From the NCBI GenBank assembly GCA_017610175.1, contig JAFCCO010000010.1, positions 1-53,031 of the forward strand: DNA of 53,031 bases, written 5' to 3'. The DNA is from Candidatus Iainarchaeum sp. (GTDB lineage: Archaea > Iainarchaeota > Iainarchaeia > Iainarchaeales > GCA-2688035). The position numbers were made by a program, and so were the translations under genes. The notes under the pieces were generated by a model. The model was not told where the DNA came from. It worked only from the letters and a program-made list of their open reading frames with translations, and ran no database searches. Position 1 is the stretch's first letter. Every line of letters begins with the position of its first letter. Shown here one piece after another: positions 1 through 9,184 of the stretch.

Positions 1-114
1 AATTTGATGCCAAAAATTTGCTGATAAAAGGCAGTAAAGAAAACCAAAGCCTCAAAACACTGAAAATAAAAAAAGTAAAAGAAAACCTCTACGCATTCAA
101 ATCCCTGAAAGGAG
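1..114 (+). repeat. Direct repeat, copy 1 (copy 2 at 52869-52982)
   Basis: Identical except for one codon (AGC versus GCC). Confidence 0.95.
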
Positions 115-3100
115 AGGTCATTGAAATCGGAAAAAAAGACTCAAAACCCTACGCAAAACTAAACAAATGGGGCGACGAAACATACATTCAACTAACACCA
201 ATAACACCCACCGCCAACACAAACCTAAGTCTCGACGGAGACAAACTCAAATGGATTGAAAACAAAACAGAAACCCACATCTACGCCCTGGAACCAAAAG
301 AAACCGAAAAAAAAGACAGCAAAGGCAAAACACACAAAATCAAAACAAACACCGAGGGCGGACTAGAATGGGAAACCATCTTAAAAGAAAAACCAGAAGA
401 TAACACCATAGCCTGGGGCCTGGAAACAAAAGGACTAACATTCTACTACCAACCACCCCTAAACCAAGAAAACCAAGGAGAAGGACTAACCTGCACAGAA
501 ACAACCTGCTGGAACGAGGGGGGGGACACAATCATTTTCAGGCCAGAACACATTGTCGGAAGCTATGCAGTCTTTAACACAACACAAATGAATGATTTCA
601 AAACAGAGGAAGACGATGCAAAATATGAATGGGGCAAAGCATTCAACATCTACAGGCCAAAAATTTATGAACAAAACAATGAAGATAACTGGGTTTGGGG
701 GGAACTGTACATAGACGAAGCAAGCGGAATAATGACAGTAACAGTAAACCAAGACTGGCTGGACAACGCCAACTACCCGGTTGTAATTGACCCAACTTTA
801 GGATTTGACGGAACCCCCGGGACTTCAGTAGATTTCTTCTGGAACTATTTAATAGCCAACGGCAGTACGGCGAACGGCTACAGTGCCGTTGAAGATGGAA
901 CACTTACCGGCATGTCAGTGTATGCCGCAGAAAAGTACAGCTCTGCGGTGGACATAACGCTTGGAATATATTCGGACGACACCGGGCCTGATGCAAATAT
1001 TGCCAGCACTGTCGGAGGGGCTATTCCAGATAATAGGGGGTGGACAAGCACTTTGACCGTTGACAATCCCGATGGAGGATATGTCATGAGCTACGGTGAG
1101 AAATTCTGGTTGGCTTTTCATAGGGATGAAACCATGGCATCTGCTACGTTTTATTACGACACAGTGGATGGATTTGTAACTAAAACTGGTTCTCCAGATT
1201 ATGTTGATGGGATGATGCCTGAGGCAGGTCCAAGTACCGCTGGCACAGCTGACCGTCAATATGGCATCCGCGCGACCTATGAACAATTTGAAAATCCTGA
1301 CTTGAACATCTGGCAGATTGATGGTCGGGATTTTAATGGTACGCTGCCAGCATTTTCTTATGCTGATGACCGCAATTTGACAATCAAATTCAGGGTTTCC
1401 GACACTGGAGGCGACGATTTGAATTTCAACATGTATTATGGCACCTCAGCCAAAGCGACAACAAACAAGATAATCGAAGACATCAACCTAAGCACAAATC
1501 CAGACGGGGGAAACTGCGACACAAACAGCAAAACAGGAATGGTTTGCACCTGGGACTTTAACACCGATGGCATAGCAGAAAACTTCTACTGGATAACAAT
1601 CGTAATAAACAATGAAGATGTTACAAAGAATATACCAAGCCCAAAAAGCTTCTATGTGAAATCGTTTATGACTTCTTGCGGCGACTACTCCTTGCTTGAA
1701 GACATAACTGTCAATACCACCTGGCTCACCGGATGCACTTACCTAGTAGCGAACACCATAAACGTCAAAAATTCCTCAACTTTAACGGTTCAGCCAGGCG
1801 CAGTGATTAAGTTCGCTGACGACACAGCCCTACAGATTAACGACAATGCCCTGCTCGAAATCGACATTGAAGGCTCAGACACACACAAGGTTCACTTTAC
1901 CTCCTGCAAAGATCAAACAAAGGGAGACGACACAAGCGCGATAGGCGGCTGCAGTGGCGAAGCAGCACCAGGAGACTACGACTACGCAATCTACTTGGAT
2001 AATGCGGCAGGAAACCACTCCAACATAAACTGGCACGATTTGAACATCAGCTTTGCCAAAACAGGGCTATACATTGGAGCTGATTTGAACTCAATCTACA
2101 ATTGCAACATTCAGGACAACAGAAACGCAACATTAAACAGTGGATACGGTGGGGGAATAAAAGTTGCTAATGCAGTGGATTTGTCCTCCATTTACAACAA
2201 CACCTTTGCAAACAACTACGCAAAGTATAACGGTGGAGGAATATCCTTCGGCGTAAAGTATGGTACTAAGCCTACCGTAACCAATTTGTACAACAACATC
2301 TTCACAAACAACACAGTAGACGAATTTCCAGCTTATGGCGGAGCGATTTACGCTTATGCTACAATAACCAATTTATACAACAACACCTTTGCAAACAACA
2401 ACACAGTTACTGGCGGAGCAGTTTCCCTTGACTGGGGCACAATAACCAATGTGTACAATAACACATTCACAAACAACACAGGCAGTGGGTTTGATACTGG
2501 ACAGCTTAGTACAGTAACCAATTTGTACAATAACACATTCACAAGCAACACGGCAAACTATGGCGCGGGAGTTAAAATAAGTAGTACAGTAACCAATTTG
2601 TACAATAACACATTCACAAGCAACATAGCAGGATACATGGGCGGAGCAATTTACGCTTATAATGGCGCAATAGGCAATTTGTACAATAACACATTCACAA
2701 GCAACATAGCAGACGGGCCTTCCACTTCTCAGAACAGGGGCGGGGCAATTTACAACAGAAAAACAAACATAGACAATTTGTACAACAATCTTTTCATAGG
2801 CAACACAGCAACCGAATATGGAGATGCGATTTCCAACAATACTGACGGAGAACTTTACAACGTTTTCAACAATGTTTTCGCGTTCCACCGCAGTACTGAG
2901 GCAATAGGGGATAAAAATACCACAAGCATGGCAAAATACCAGAACAACATATTTGTTGAAAACACTACTGCAATGGACATCGAGGGCAGTATCTTCACAG
3001 AAAACTACAACGCATTCTGGAGCAATGGGGTGAATTGTTCTGGTCAGACTTGTGGTGTGAATGATGTTAATTTTACCGCTTTTCCTTTTATAGGGGGTTA

Positions 3101-4706
3101 TGTTTCTGATGGTGATTTGAATTGGGCAATCATTGACAGCCAGACCAGTCTTGTAACCGATGCAGGAATAAACGTTGGCGCTAATTCATATTTTGTGAAT
3201 AAGACTGTAAGGCAGGACAACCTGCTTGATTTTAGTACGCGTGACATTGGCTACCACTATGACCAAAATGCAGTATACGTCCTTGTTGTTGTGCCAAATG
3301 GCGGGGGAACCTGGAGTGGAACCAACACAATTGACTTCAATGTAAGCACAGACTTCAATGCATGGGACGCCAAGGTGCAAATCAACTACAGTGCAACATC
3401 AGTACAAGGGAGCGGGACACCCATAATATCAGACCAAAACATGGCTGAAGTGATTTACTGCGATAACAACAGCTTGACAGAAGGAAGAACTTGTCACTAC
3501 GATTGGGACACATCAGAAGTACCAAACGGAGCATACTACATTCTAATAGACATAAACGCAAACGGACTAAGCGGGTTCGGTGCAAGCGACGCAACATTTG
3601 AAATACAATTCAACGACCCCTCCCAAGTAGACACAGGTTTAGGGCAAGCATACTGCGGAGACCGCGAATGCAACGGCAGAGAAACAGCTTCCACCTGTGC
3701 TCTAGACTGCCCACCCGTCTGCGGGGACGGAGCCTGCACAGGAAACGAATCCTTTTTTACCTGTCCGCTTGACTGCTTTGGATGTGGGGACGGAATCTGC
3801 TCTTCGACTGAAACACAGGCAACCTGCCCGCAAGACTGCAAACCAACATGCGGCGATAGCATTTGCGCCTCAACAGAAAACTGCCTAACCTGTCCAACCG
3901 ACTGCGGGCAATGCCCAGAAGAAACAACTGTTTTTGAGGAAACAATCGAAAATCAAGCAACAGAAACACAAATAGAAGAACTTACAAAACAAACCGGAAA
4001 ATCCAAACAAAACGCAATCGAAGCATTCAAAAAAGTATTTTTAACAAGAACAGTAAAAGTAACCCAAGCAAAAATCACCCCAACCCAAACAACCTACAAA
4101 ACCACAATAACAATAAACACAAAAAACAAAACAGGAAACAAACTCAAAAACGTGAAAATACTGGAAACAATTCCAAAAGCGGTTGCAGAAAACACTTCCC
4201 AAATCAAAAGCAACTTCGAGTTCAAAGTAATTCAAGAAGACCCAATAATCGAATTCACAATTCCAAACATTAACCCGGAACAAACAGCTGAAGTAACCTA
4301 CTTTGTGGAAAAGAAAATAGAACAAGCAACACTAAACCCGGAACAAACAGCTGAAGTAACCTACTTTGTGGAAAAGAAAATAGAACAAGCAACACTATCA
4401 GAATGGGTTGCACCAATCCCGGTGGCAGCAAAAGAAGTAATCCCAAAACCAACAACCTGCACAACAGACCAAGACTGCGACGACCAAGAACCCTGCACAA
4501 ACGAATTCTGCCTAAATGGGCAATGCAGCTTTATCTCACTTCCAAACGGGACAACCTGCGGCTACGGAAGGGAGTGCAAGGAAGCGGAATGCATTGAAAT
4601 AGAAAAAGTGCAAATTGCAGAAGAACAAGACTACAACACAATTTTGATTGCAGCCGCAGTGCTCCTAATCATTGCAGCAGCAGCATGGTACTACAAAAAG
4701 CAATGA
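3..4706 (+). CDS. Large membrane-anchored surface protein, 5'-truncated (beta-helix/GGAI-FxxN repeats, Ig-like modules, Cys-rich repeats, C-terminal TM anchor)
   Basis: The frame is open from base 3 (FDAKNLLIKG), so the TTG at 18 is not the true start; the paralogue at 52574 shows the missing N-terminus. Contains TNLYNNTFTSN and GGAIY repeats, CGDxxC repeats, and a hydrophobic C-terminus ending YYKKQ. Confidence 0.85.
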   Translation, partial: FDAKNLLIKGSKENQSLKTLKIKKVKENLYAFKSLKGEVIEIGKKDSKPYAKLNKWGDETYIQLTPITPTANTNLSLDGDKLKWIENKTETHIYALEPKETEKKDSKGKTHKIKTNTEGGLEWETILKEKPEDNTIAWGLETKGLTFYYQPPLNQENQGEGLTCTETTCWNEGGDTIIFRPEHIVGSYAVFNTTQMNDFKTEEDDAKYEWGKAFNIYRPKIYEQNNEDNWVWGELYIDEASGIMTVTVNQDWLDNANYPVVIDPTLGFDGTPGTSVDFFWNYLIANGSTANGYSAVEDGTLTGMSVYAAEKYSSAVDITLGIYSDDTGPDANIASTVGGAIPDNRGWTSTLTVDNPDGGYVMSYGEKFWLAFHRDETMASATFYYDTVDGFVTKTGSPDYVDGMMPEAGPSTAGTADRQYGIRATYEQFENPDLNIWQIDGRDFNGTLPAFSYADDRNLTIKFRVSDTGGDDLNFNMYYGTSAKATTNKIIEDINLSTNPDGGNCDTNSKTGMVCTWDFNTDGIAENFYWITIVINNEDVTKNIPSPKSFYVKSFMTSCGDYSLLEDITVNTTWLTGCTYLVANTINVKNSSTLTVQPGAVIKFADDTALQINDNALLEIDIEGSDTHKVHFTSCKDQTKGDDTSAIGGCSGEAAPGDYDYAIYLDNAAGNHSNINWHDLNISFAKTGLYIGADLNSIYNCNIQDNRNATLNSGYGGGIKVANAVDLSSIYNNTFANNYAKYNGGGISFGVKYGTKPTVTNLYNNIFTNNTVDEFPAYGGAIYAYATITNLYNNTFANNNTVTGGAVSLDWGTITNVYNNTFTNNTGSGFDTGQLSTVTNLYNNTFTSNTANYGAGVKISSTVTNLYNNTFTSNIAGYMGGAIYAYNGAIGNLYNNTFTSNIADGPSTSQNRGGAIYNRKTNIDNLYNNLFIGNTATEYGDAISNNTDGELYNVFNNVFAFHRSTEAIGDKNTTSMAKYQNNIFVENTTAMDIEGSIFTENYNAFWSNGVNCSGQTCGVNDVNFTAFPFIGGYVSDGDLNWAIIDSQTSLVTDAGINVGANSYFVNKTVRQDNLLDFSTRDIGYHYDQNAVYVLVVVPNGGGTWSGTNTIDFNVSTDFNAWDAKVQINYSATSVQGSGTPIISDQNMAEVIYCDNNSLTEGRTCHYDWDTSEVPNGAYYILIDINANGLSGFGASDATFEIQFNDPSQVDTGLGQAYCGDRECNGRETASTCALDCPPVCGDGACTGNESFFTCPLDCFGCGDGICSSTETQATCPQDCKPTCGDSICASTENCLTCPTDCGQCPEETTVFEETIENQATETQIEELTKQTGKSKQNAIEAFKKVFLTRTVKVTQAKITPTQTTYKTTITINTKNKTGNKLKNVKILETIPKAVAENTSQIKSNFEFKVIQEDPIIEFTIPNINPEQTAEVTYFVEKKIEQATLNPEQTAEVTYFVEKKIEQATLSEWVAPIPVAAKEVIPKPTTCTTDQDCDDQEPCTNEFCLNGQCSFISLPNGTTCGYGRECKEAECIEIEKVQIAEEQDYNTILIAAAVLLIIAAAAWYYKKQ
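2090..2880 (+). repeat. Intragenic beta-helix repeats (xNLYNNTFTxN...GGAI)
   Basis: About 10 peptide repeats; 43 bp are identical between 2508-2550 and 2583-2625. Confidence 0.9.
4272..4397 (+). repeat. Exact 63-bp in-frame tandem duplication (NPEQTAEVTYFVEKKIEQATL x2)
   Basis: 4272-4334 equals 4335-4397. Confidence 0.95.
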
Positions 4707-4763
4707 ATCCTTCCGGTATTTCATGCCATATGTTTAAATTCGTTTAAGGCTTCTTTTCATCTT

Positions 4764-4955
4764 ATGAGGCGAAAGAAAAAACCGGTGACCGAGGGCTGCA
4801 TTGAGAAGTCCGAGGACAAAGCCTGGCAGGAATGGTTTAACAACCTCGATGTCAAAGAGCACGAAACGCACCTTGCCCAGCTTGGCCTGGACAAGGAAGA
4901 CATTGCGGACTGGGAAGAAGCCGAGGGCATCAAAAAACCAAAGAAGAAAAAATAG
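4764..4955 (+). CDS. Small charged hypothetical protein
   Basis: ATG about 30 nt after a TTTAAA box; protein-like composition. Confidence 0.7.
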   Translation: MRRKKKPVTEGCIEKSEDKAWQEWFNNLDVKEHETHLAQLGLDKEDIADWEEAEGIKKPKKKK

Positions 4956-4967
4956 GCATTAATAACC

Positions 4968-5195
4968 TTATTTTGATATTTTTGCGTAGTGCAAGGTGTA
5001 TTTGGCCTGGTAGTAAAGCACTACGCCGCCAACTCCCGCGAGAACGCTTGAAAAGTAGTAAATAAGTGAGACAAAAGGGTCAATTTCGTGGTTTGTAACC
5101 CCCTGAACAAGGCTCCAGATGAACAAAGTGAGGAAAACCGTGCCAACTATAAAAAAGAAGATTCCTTTAACAAAAATCTCGGTTACCTCATTCAT
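4968..5195 (-). CDS. Small two-TM membrane protein
   Basis: Two hydrophobic stretches; TATA-like element upstream. Confidence 0.7.
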   Translation of the reverse strand: MNEVTEIFVKGIFFFIVGTVFLTLFIWSLVQGVTNHEIDPFVSLIYYFSSVLAGVGGVVLYYQAKYTLHYAKISK

Positions 5196-5305
5196 CAGCT
5201 ATTTAGTAAATCCAATATGTTTTTAAAGAGTTTAAGCACTATATATATTAGCAAAAAACCTAATTTTGCGCTTTTAAGAAAAAACTTTAATGGTAGGTGT
5301 TATCC

Positions 5306-5470
5306 TTGTTATCCCTAGATTCAAACGATGAAGAGGCAAGATTGAAATTGCTTGCAGAAGAGTTCAAGCTCAGGAAAAAGCAGCCTGAGGCATGGACAAA
5401 AACAAAGTACAGAAAATACGCCAACTTTGGCATGAACAGGAAGAAAAAGCAAGACGAAGGGAGCAACTAA
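5306..5470 (+). CDS. Small hypothetical protein, 54 aa (below the ORF-track cutoff)
   Basis: TTG after an AGGTG SD-like site; reads LSLDSNDEEARLKLLAEEFKLRKKQPEAW...DEGSN. Confidence 0.55.
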   Translation: MLSLDSNDEEARLKLLAEEFKLRKKQPEAWTKTKYRKYANFGMNRKKKQDEGSN

Positions 5471-5612
5471 GCCACACGGCTTTTTCTCCCCTCAAAATAC
5501 ATTTTAAAAAAAAAGAAAGGTTCAAAGGTGAATAAAGGTTACAGAAAGAAAACCTGATTTTACGCGCTTAATTCAAAAAAGCTTACGCATGTTTATCGGA
5601 GGTGCAAAATAA

Positions 5613-6089
5613 ATGGCTTTTGGAGACAACCAGCGACGCGGCTCATTCGGCCCGAAGCCGGTAGAAGAAGGAAATGAATACGATGTTGAAATTGAAGGCA
5701 TCGGAACAAAGGGAGACGGCATAGGCCGCATCAAAGGCTTTGTTGTAATTGTTCCAAACACAAAGGTTGGGGACAAGGTCAAAGTCAAAATCAGTGCGGT
5801 CAGAGGCAAAGTCGCATTCGGTGACGTAGTCGGCGCAGCAGAAACGGCCCCTGCAGAAGAAAAGGCAGAGGAAGCTGAAGAAGGAAAGGAAGAAGAAGCA
5901 ACCGAGGAAGCTGCAGAAGAAGAGGAAGAAGCAGAGCCTGAAGCGGAAGCTGACGAAGAAAAGAAAGAAGAAGCCCCCGCTGAAGAGGCAGAGCCGGCAG
6001 CCGAAGAAACCGAAGAGCCAAAGGAAGAAGCCCCTGCAGAAGAAGAAGCAGAGGACGCACCCGAAGCTGATGAAGAAAAGAAAGAGTAA
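5613..6089 (+). CDS. TRAM-domain RNA-binding protein with a long acidic tail
   Basis: PVEEGNEYDVEIEGIGTKGDGIGRIKGFVVIVP is the archaeal single-TRAM signature; GGAGGTG SD. Confidence 0.9.
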   Translation: MAFGDNQRRGSFGPKPVEEGNEYDVEIEGIGTKGDGIGRIKGFVVIVPNTKVGDKVKVKISAVRGKVAFGDVVGAAETAPAEEKAEEAEEGKEEEATEEAAEEEEEAEPEAEADEEKKEEAPAEEAEPAAEETEEPKEEAPAEEEAEDAPEADEEKKE

Positions 6090-6120
6090 AGCCGATTTTA
6101 CCTTAAAACCGGCTTTTTTT
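6088..6120 (+). terminator. Hairpin plus T-tract terminator
   Basis: GCCGaTTTTA-cct-TAAAAcCGGC followed by T7. Confidence 0.7.
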
Positions 6121-6187
6121 CTATTTTTTTAAGGCAATCAATAGCCTTAAATTCACATTGTGTACTTATAACTCTTGAGGTGGGAAT

Positions 6188-6355
6188 ATGAGTGTGTCAC
6201 TCTTATCGCAGAGGGCAAAGAATTTTTCAGCAGCCCAAGAGGGAAAGTGCATGAACTGCGGCAGGCCAATCTGGCCAGGGCGCGGAATTTATGAAAAACG
6301 CTTTTGCTCGGTTGAATGCAAGGAAGAATACTGTGTTACCACGGTTTGCCGGTAA
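6188..6355 (+). CDS. Small zinc-ribbon protein, 55 aa (CxxC...FCSxxC; not in ORF track)
   Basis: GAGGTG SD; MSVSLLSQRAKNFSAAQEGKCMNCGRPIWPGRGIYEKRFCSVECKEEYCVTTVCR. Confidence 0.75.
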   Translation: MSVSLLSQRAKNFSAAQEGKCMNCGRPIWPGRGIYEKRFCSVECKEEYCVTTVCR

Positions 6356-6396
6356 CATCCTTTATTTTTATTAATTTCCCGGCAAAAATTGCTTTA

Positions 6397-7038
6397 ATGA
6401 AAAAAGACATCGCGTTGATAATGCGGGAAATACTCAAATACTCAAACGATTTACCCTCAGTTTCACACAACACCCCCTTCAAAGTCCTGATTGCAACAGT
6501 TCTCTCCCAACGAACCAAGGATGCGGCCACGGAGAAAGCCGCGGCAAAACTCTTCTCAAAATACCCAAACGCAAAATCCCTTGCAAAAGCGCCAACAAGG
6601 GAGGTACAAAAGCTGATTAAGGGAGCAGGCTTCTACAAAACCAAGGCCGCGCGAATCAAAGAAATAAGCAAGGCGATTTTGGAGCAATTTAACGGAAAAG
6701 TTCCGGATTCAAGGAAGCAGTTAATGTCGCTTCCGGGTGTTGGCTCAAAAACCAGCGCATGCACCGTGGTTTATGCGTTCGGAAAGCCGGCAATTTGCGT
6801 GGATGTCCACGTTCACAGGATAAGCAACAGGATAGGGATTGTTGATACAAAAAAACCGGACGAAACAGAGGCAGAACTAAACAAAATTATCCCAAAAAAA
6901 TACTGGCTTAGCATAAACCATTCAATGGTGAGGTTTGGCCAAGAAACATGCAGGCCACGGAACCCAAAGCACCAAGAATGCGCCCTGCAAAAGCAATGCG
7001 ACTTTTTTAACAGAAAAGGCAAGTGGGCGCAGAGTTAA
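6397..7038 (+). CDS. nth: Endonuclease III
   Basis: LIATVLSQRTKD, HhH motif LPGVGSKT, VDVHVHRI, C-terminal Fe-S motif; ATG 6397 preferred as start. Confidence 0.93.
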   Translation: MKKDIALIMREILKYSNDLPSVSHNTPFKVLIATVLSQRTKDAATEKAAAKLFSKYPNAKSLAKAPTREVQKLIKGAGFYKTKAARIKEISKAILEQFNGKVPDSRKQLMSLPGVGSKTSACTVVYAFGKPAICVDVHVHRISNRIGIVDTKKPDETEAELNKIIPKKYWLSINHSMVRFGQETCRPRNPKHQECALQKQCDFFNRKGKWAQS

Positions 7039-7071
7039 GCTTTTATTGAACAAAAGCAGCAATTTATATGA

Positions 7072-7335
7072 ATGGGTTTTGTTTACAGAATCGCAAGCGG
7101 CATGAAACGAAGCATTCCGGCGCTTGTTGCAAAAGTGGGATCGGTTTTCTTGCTGATTTTTGCGGTAGGAATGGTGGTGGGATTTTGGTTCTCCTCCGCA
7201 GGCTACCCCTACTTTGTTTTGCTAATCCCTATTGCGGGCGTAGCCATAATGTGGCAAAAGCTTGACGAAGGGCTGCTGGTATTTATTGCATTAATGGCCA
7301 TAGCCCTTCTTTTTCCGGAATTTTTCCTGGTCTAA
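7072..7335 (+). CDS. Small membrane protein
   Basis: Three hydrophobic segments. Confidence 0.7.
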   Translation: MGFVYRIASGMKRSIPALVAKVGSVFLLIFAVGMVVGFWFSSAGYPYFVLLIPIAGVAIMWQKLDEGLLVFIALMAIALLFPEFFLV

Positions 7336-7348
7336 AGCAGAAACAGCT

Positions 7349-7639
7349 TTACTCTTCAATTTTTTCTATTTTTCCGAACTTTCCGGTTCCGAGTTGCCTT
7401 TCACCCTGGTATTCGCCGCACCAGCCGTTCTCAATCTTGACCTTGTCGCCTTCGTTGAACTGGGCGCACTGCTCGTTCCAAAAGGTAAGCTTGATTTCTC
7501 CGGTTTCATCCTTTCCGGCCGCGCTGCAAACCTTTCCCGAACCTCGGTCGTTTGCAAACTCTCGAACTTCGCTCTTACTGGTTATTTCAAGTACAATTTC
7601 AGGCACTGCGGCCTTTGCTTTAACTTCGTTCACTTTCAT
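7349..7639 (-). CDS. Single OB-fold ssDNA-binding protein (SSB/RPA-like)
   Basis: DETGEIKLTFWNEQ...EGDKVKIENGW...GKFGKI pattern. Confidence 0.88.
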   Translation of the reverse strand: MKVNEVKAKAAVPEIVLEITSKSEVREFANDRGSGKVCSAAGKDETGEIKLTFWNEQCAQFNEGDKVKIENGWCGEYQGERQLGTGKFGKIEKIEE

Positions 7640-7713
7640 AAAAAGCACCCTCCCTTTTTCAATATTCAGATTGCAAAAGCTTTAAATTAGGTTGCAAAAA
7701 ACCAATTCTACAG

Positions 7714-8088
7714 ATGAAGTACCAATACAGCGAAAAATGGACAGACTTTGCAAGGGAGATAGCAACAGTCCTCGAGCTAAAATACATTGAATTGGACAGA
7801 ATTGCGGTGGTTGAAAGCCAGGGGACAAAAACCAAGCGAACAATTGCCCGAATCCACACAATGGGAAAGGTAATGCAGCTTGGAATGGGGTCAAAGCCGT
7901 TTTACACAATAGAGCTGATAACCGAGAAATTCAACCAGCAAAATTACCCCAACCAAATCAAAACAATCATCCACGAACTCCTCCACATCCCCGTTGCCTT
8001 CGGGGGCGGGTTCAGGCACCACAAGCCCCACGTAAACGCAAGGACCGTTGAAATACAATACAATAAAATAAAACACCTGTATACATAA
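7714..8088 (+). CDS. Putative metallopeptidase (HExxH)
   Basis: ARIH...YTIELITEKF...IIHELLHIP..FGGGFRHH. Confidence 0.8.
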   Translation: MKYQYSEKWTDFAREIATVLELKYIELDRIAVVESQGTKTKRTIARIHTMGKVMQLGMGSKPFYTIELITEKFNQQNYPNQIKTIIHELLHIPVAFGGGFRHHKPHVNARTVEIQYNKIKHLYT

Positions 8089-8689
8089 CGTTTGGGGAAA
8101 CAAATACTTTCCTTCGAGTAAAATCTTTTTCCGAGAAAAAAATGCGTTTTTGGGCCTATTTTGCCCCAAAACCCCTAGTCTATTCACCTTAAACAGCAAA
8201 ACGGTTTCTTCTCCAAACAAAAAATACCCCTAAGCATTTGGAAAATTCACCAAGAATGGGGCAAAAAGTTCGGATTTTTATTTGAGGGCTCTTTGCGGCC
8301 CCCTCTGATTTTGCGGGCAGAGCCTGAAAATTTTGAAATTTTTGCGCCGATATATAGGTGGTTGGATGAAATCAAGACAAGCATGAGTGGTTATACTGCA
8401 AAAGCGGCGCAGCGCCTTATTTTTGTTCCGGTGATGCCACCACAAAGCTATTTTCAAGGCCATTGTGCCTGGCTTGGCCAGGGCAATTGGTTGGTTTTCC
8501 TGCTTTCTGCCTCTTTTGCCTTAAATCACCCCATACTCGACTTATACATAACAATATCGCCTTTTTTTTGGCTCTATTGCCCAGTAAACACAGTCATTTT
8601 CTTTAACCCCAGGGCGGCAATTATTATTAAAATTCAGCAATCGTCGAATTAGTTCTGCTTTTTTTAACCTTTTGTTGTCTGCATGATTT

Positions 8690-9178
8690 ATGAAAAAGCT
8701 GCTTTTTGCCGCAATTGGGTTCCTGTTTGTTCTCTCTTTTGTGCTTTTTTTGGCTGAAGCCCAGCCTGTTCCCCAAAAAAAGGAATTTGTCCGCCGTGTA
8801 ATCGACGGCGACACGCTGGTTCTTGCGGACGGGAGAAGGGTGCGCCTGACTGGAATTGATTCTCCTGAGAAAGAAGAGCAATGTTTTGTGGAAGCGCAGG
8901 AGTTCCTTAAATATTTGGTTTCGGGAAAGGAAATTGAGCTTGAATTTGATGCTGAAAAGCGGGACAAGTATGCAAGGCTTCTTGCATATGTATTTGCTGA
9001 GGGAAAAAACGTGAATCTGGCGCTTGTTGAACAGGGTTATGCGGTTTCATTCCCTTTTGAGCCAAATATGGCTTTTGCTTCAGAATTTGCCGCCGCAGAG
9101 CGGTCTGCAAGGGAGCAGGGAAAAGGCTGTTTGTGGGAAAGGGCAAGCGAAACTAATAATTTGCAGTTTGAACAATAG
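8690..9178 (+). CDS. Thermonuclease (SNase) family protein with signal anchor
   Basis: VIDGDT, VRLTGIDSPE, DKYARLLAYV. Confidence 0.92.
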   Translation: MKKLLFAAIGFLFVLSFVLFLAEAQPVPQKKEFVRRVIDGDTLVLADGRRVRLTGIDSPEKEEQCFVEAQEFLKYLVSGKEIELEFDAEKRDKYARLLAYVFAEGKNVNLALVEQGYAVSFPFEPNMAFASEFAAAERSAREQGKGCLWERASETNNLQFEQ

Positions 9179-9184
9179 TATTTA

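Noticed and set aside
2090-2880. CRISPR array (repeats with variable spacers, with a Cas4-like gene in the window)
   Set aside because: The repeats are degenerate, keep the reading frame and encode beta-helix turns inside a CDS; no cas1 or cas2.
1-4706. Diversity-generating retroelement target
   Set aside because: No reverse transcriptase in the window, and no TR/VR pair with adenine-specific mismatches was seen.
8293-8652. 119-aa ORF in the intergenic gap
   Set aside because: No motif, atypical composition and no clear start signals.
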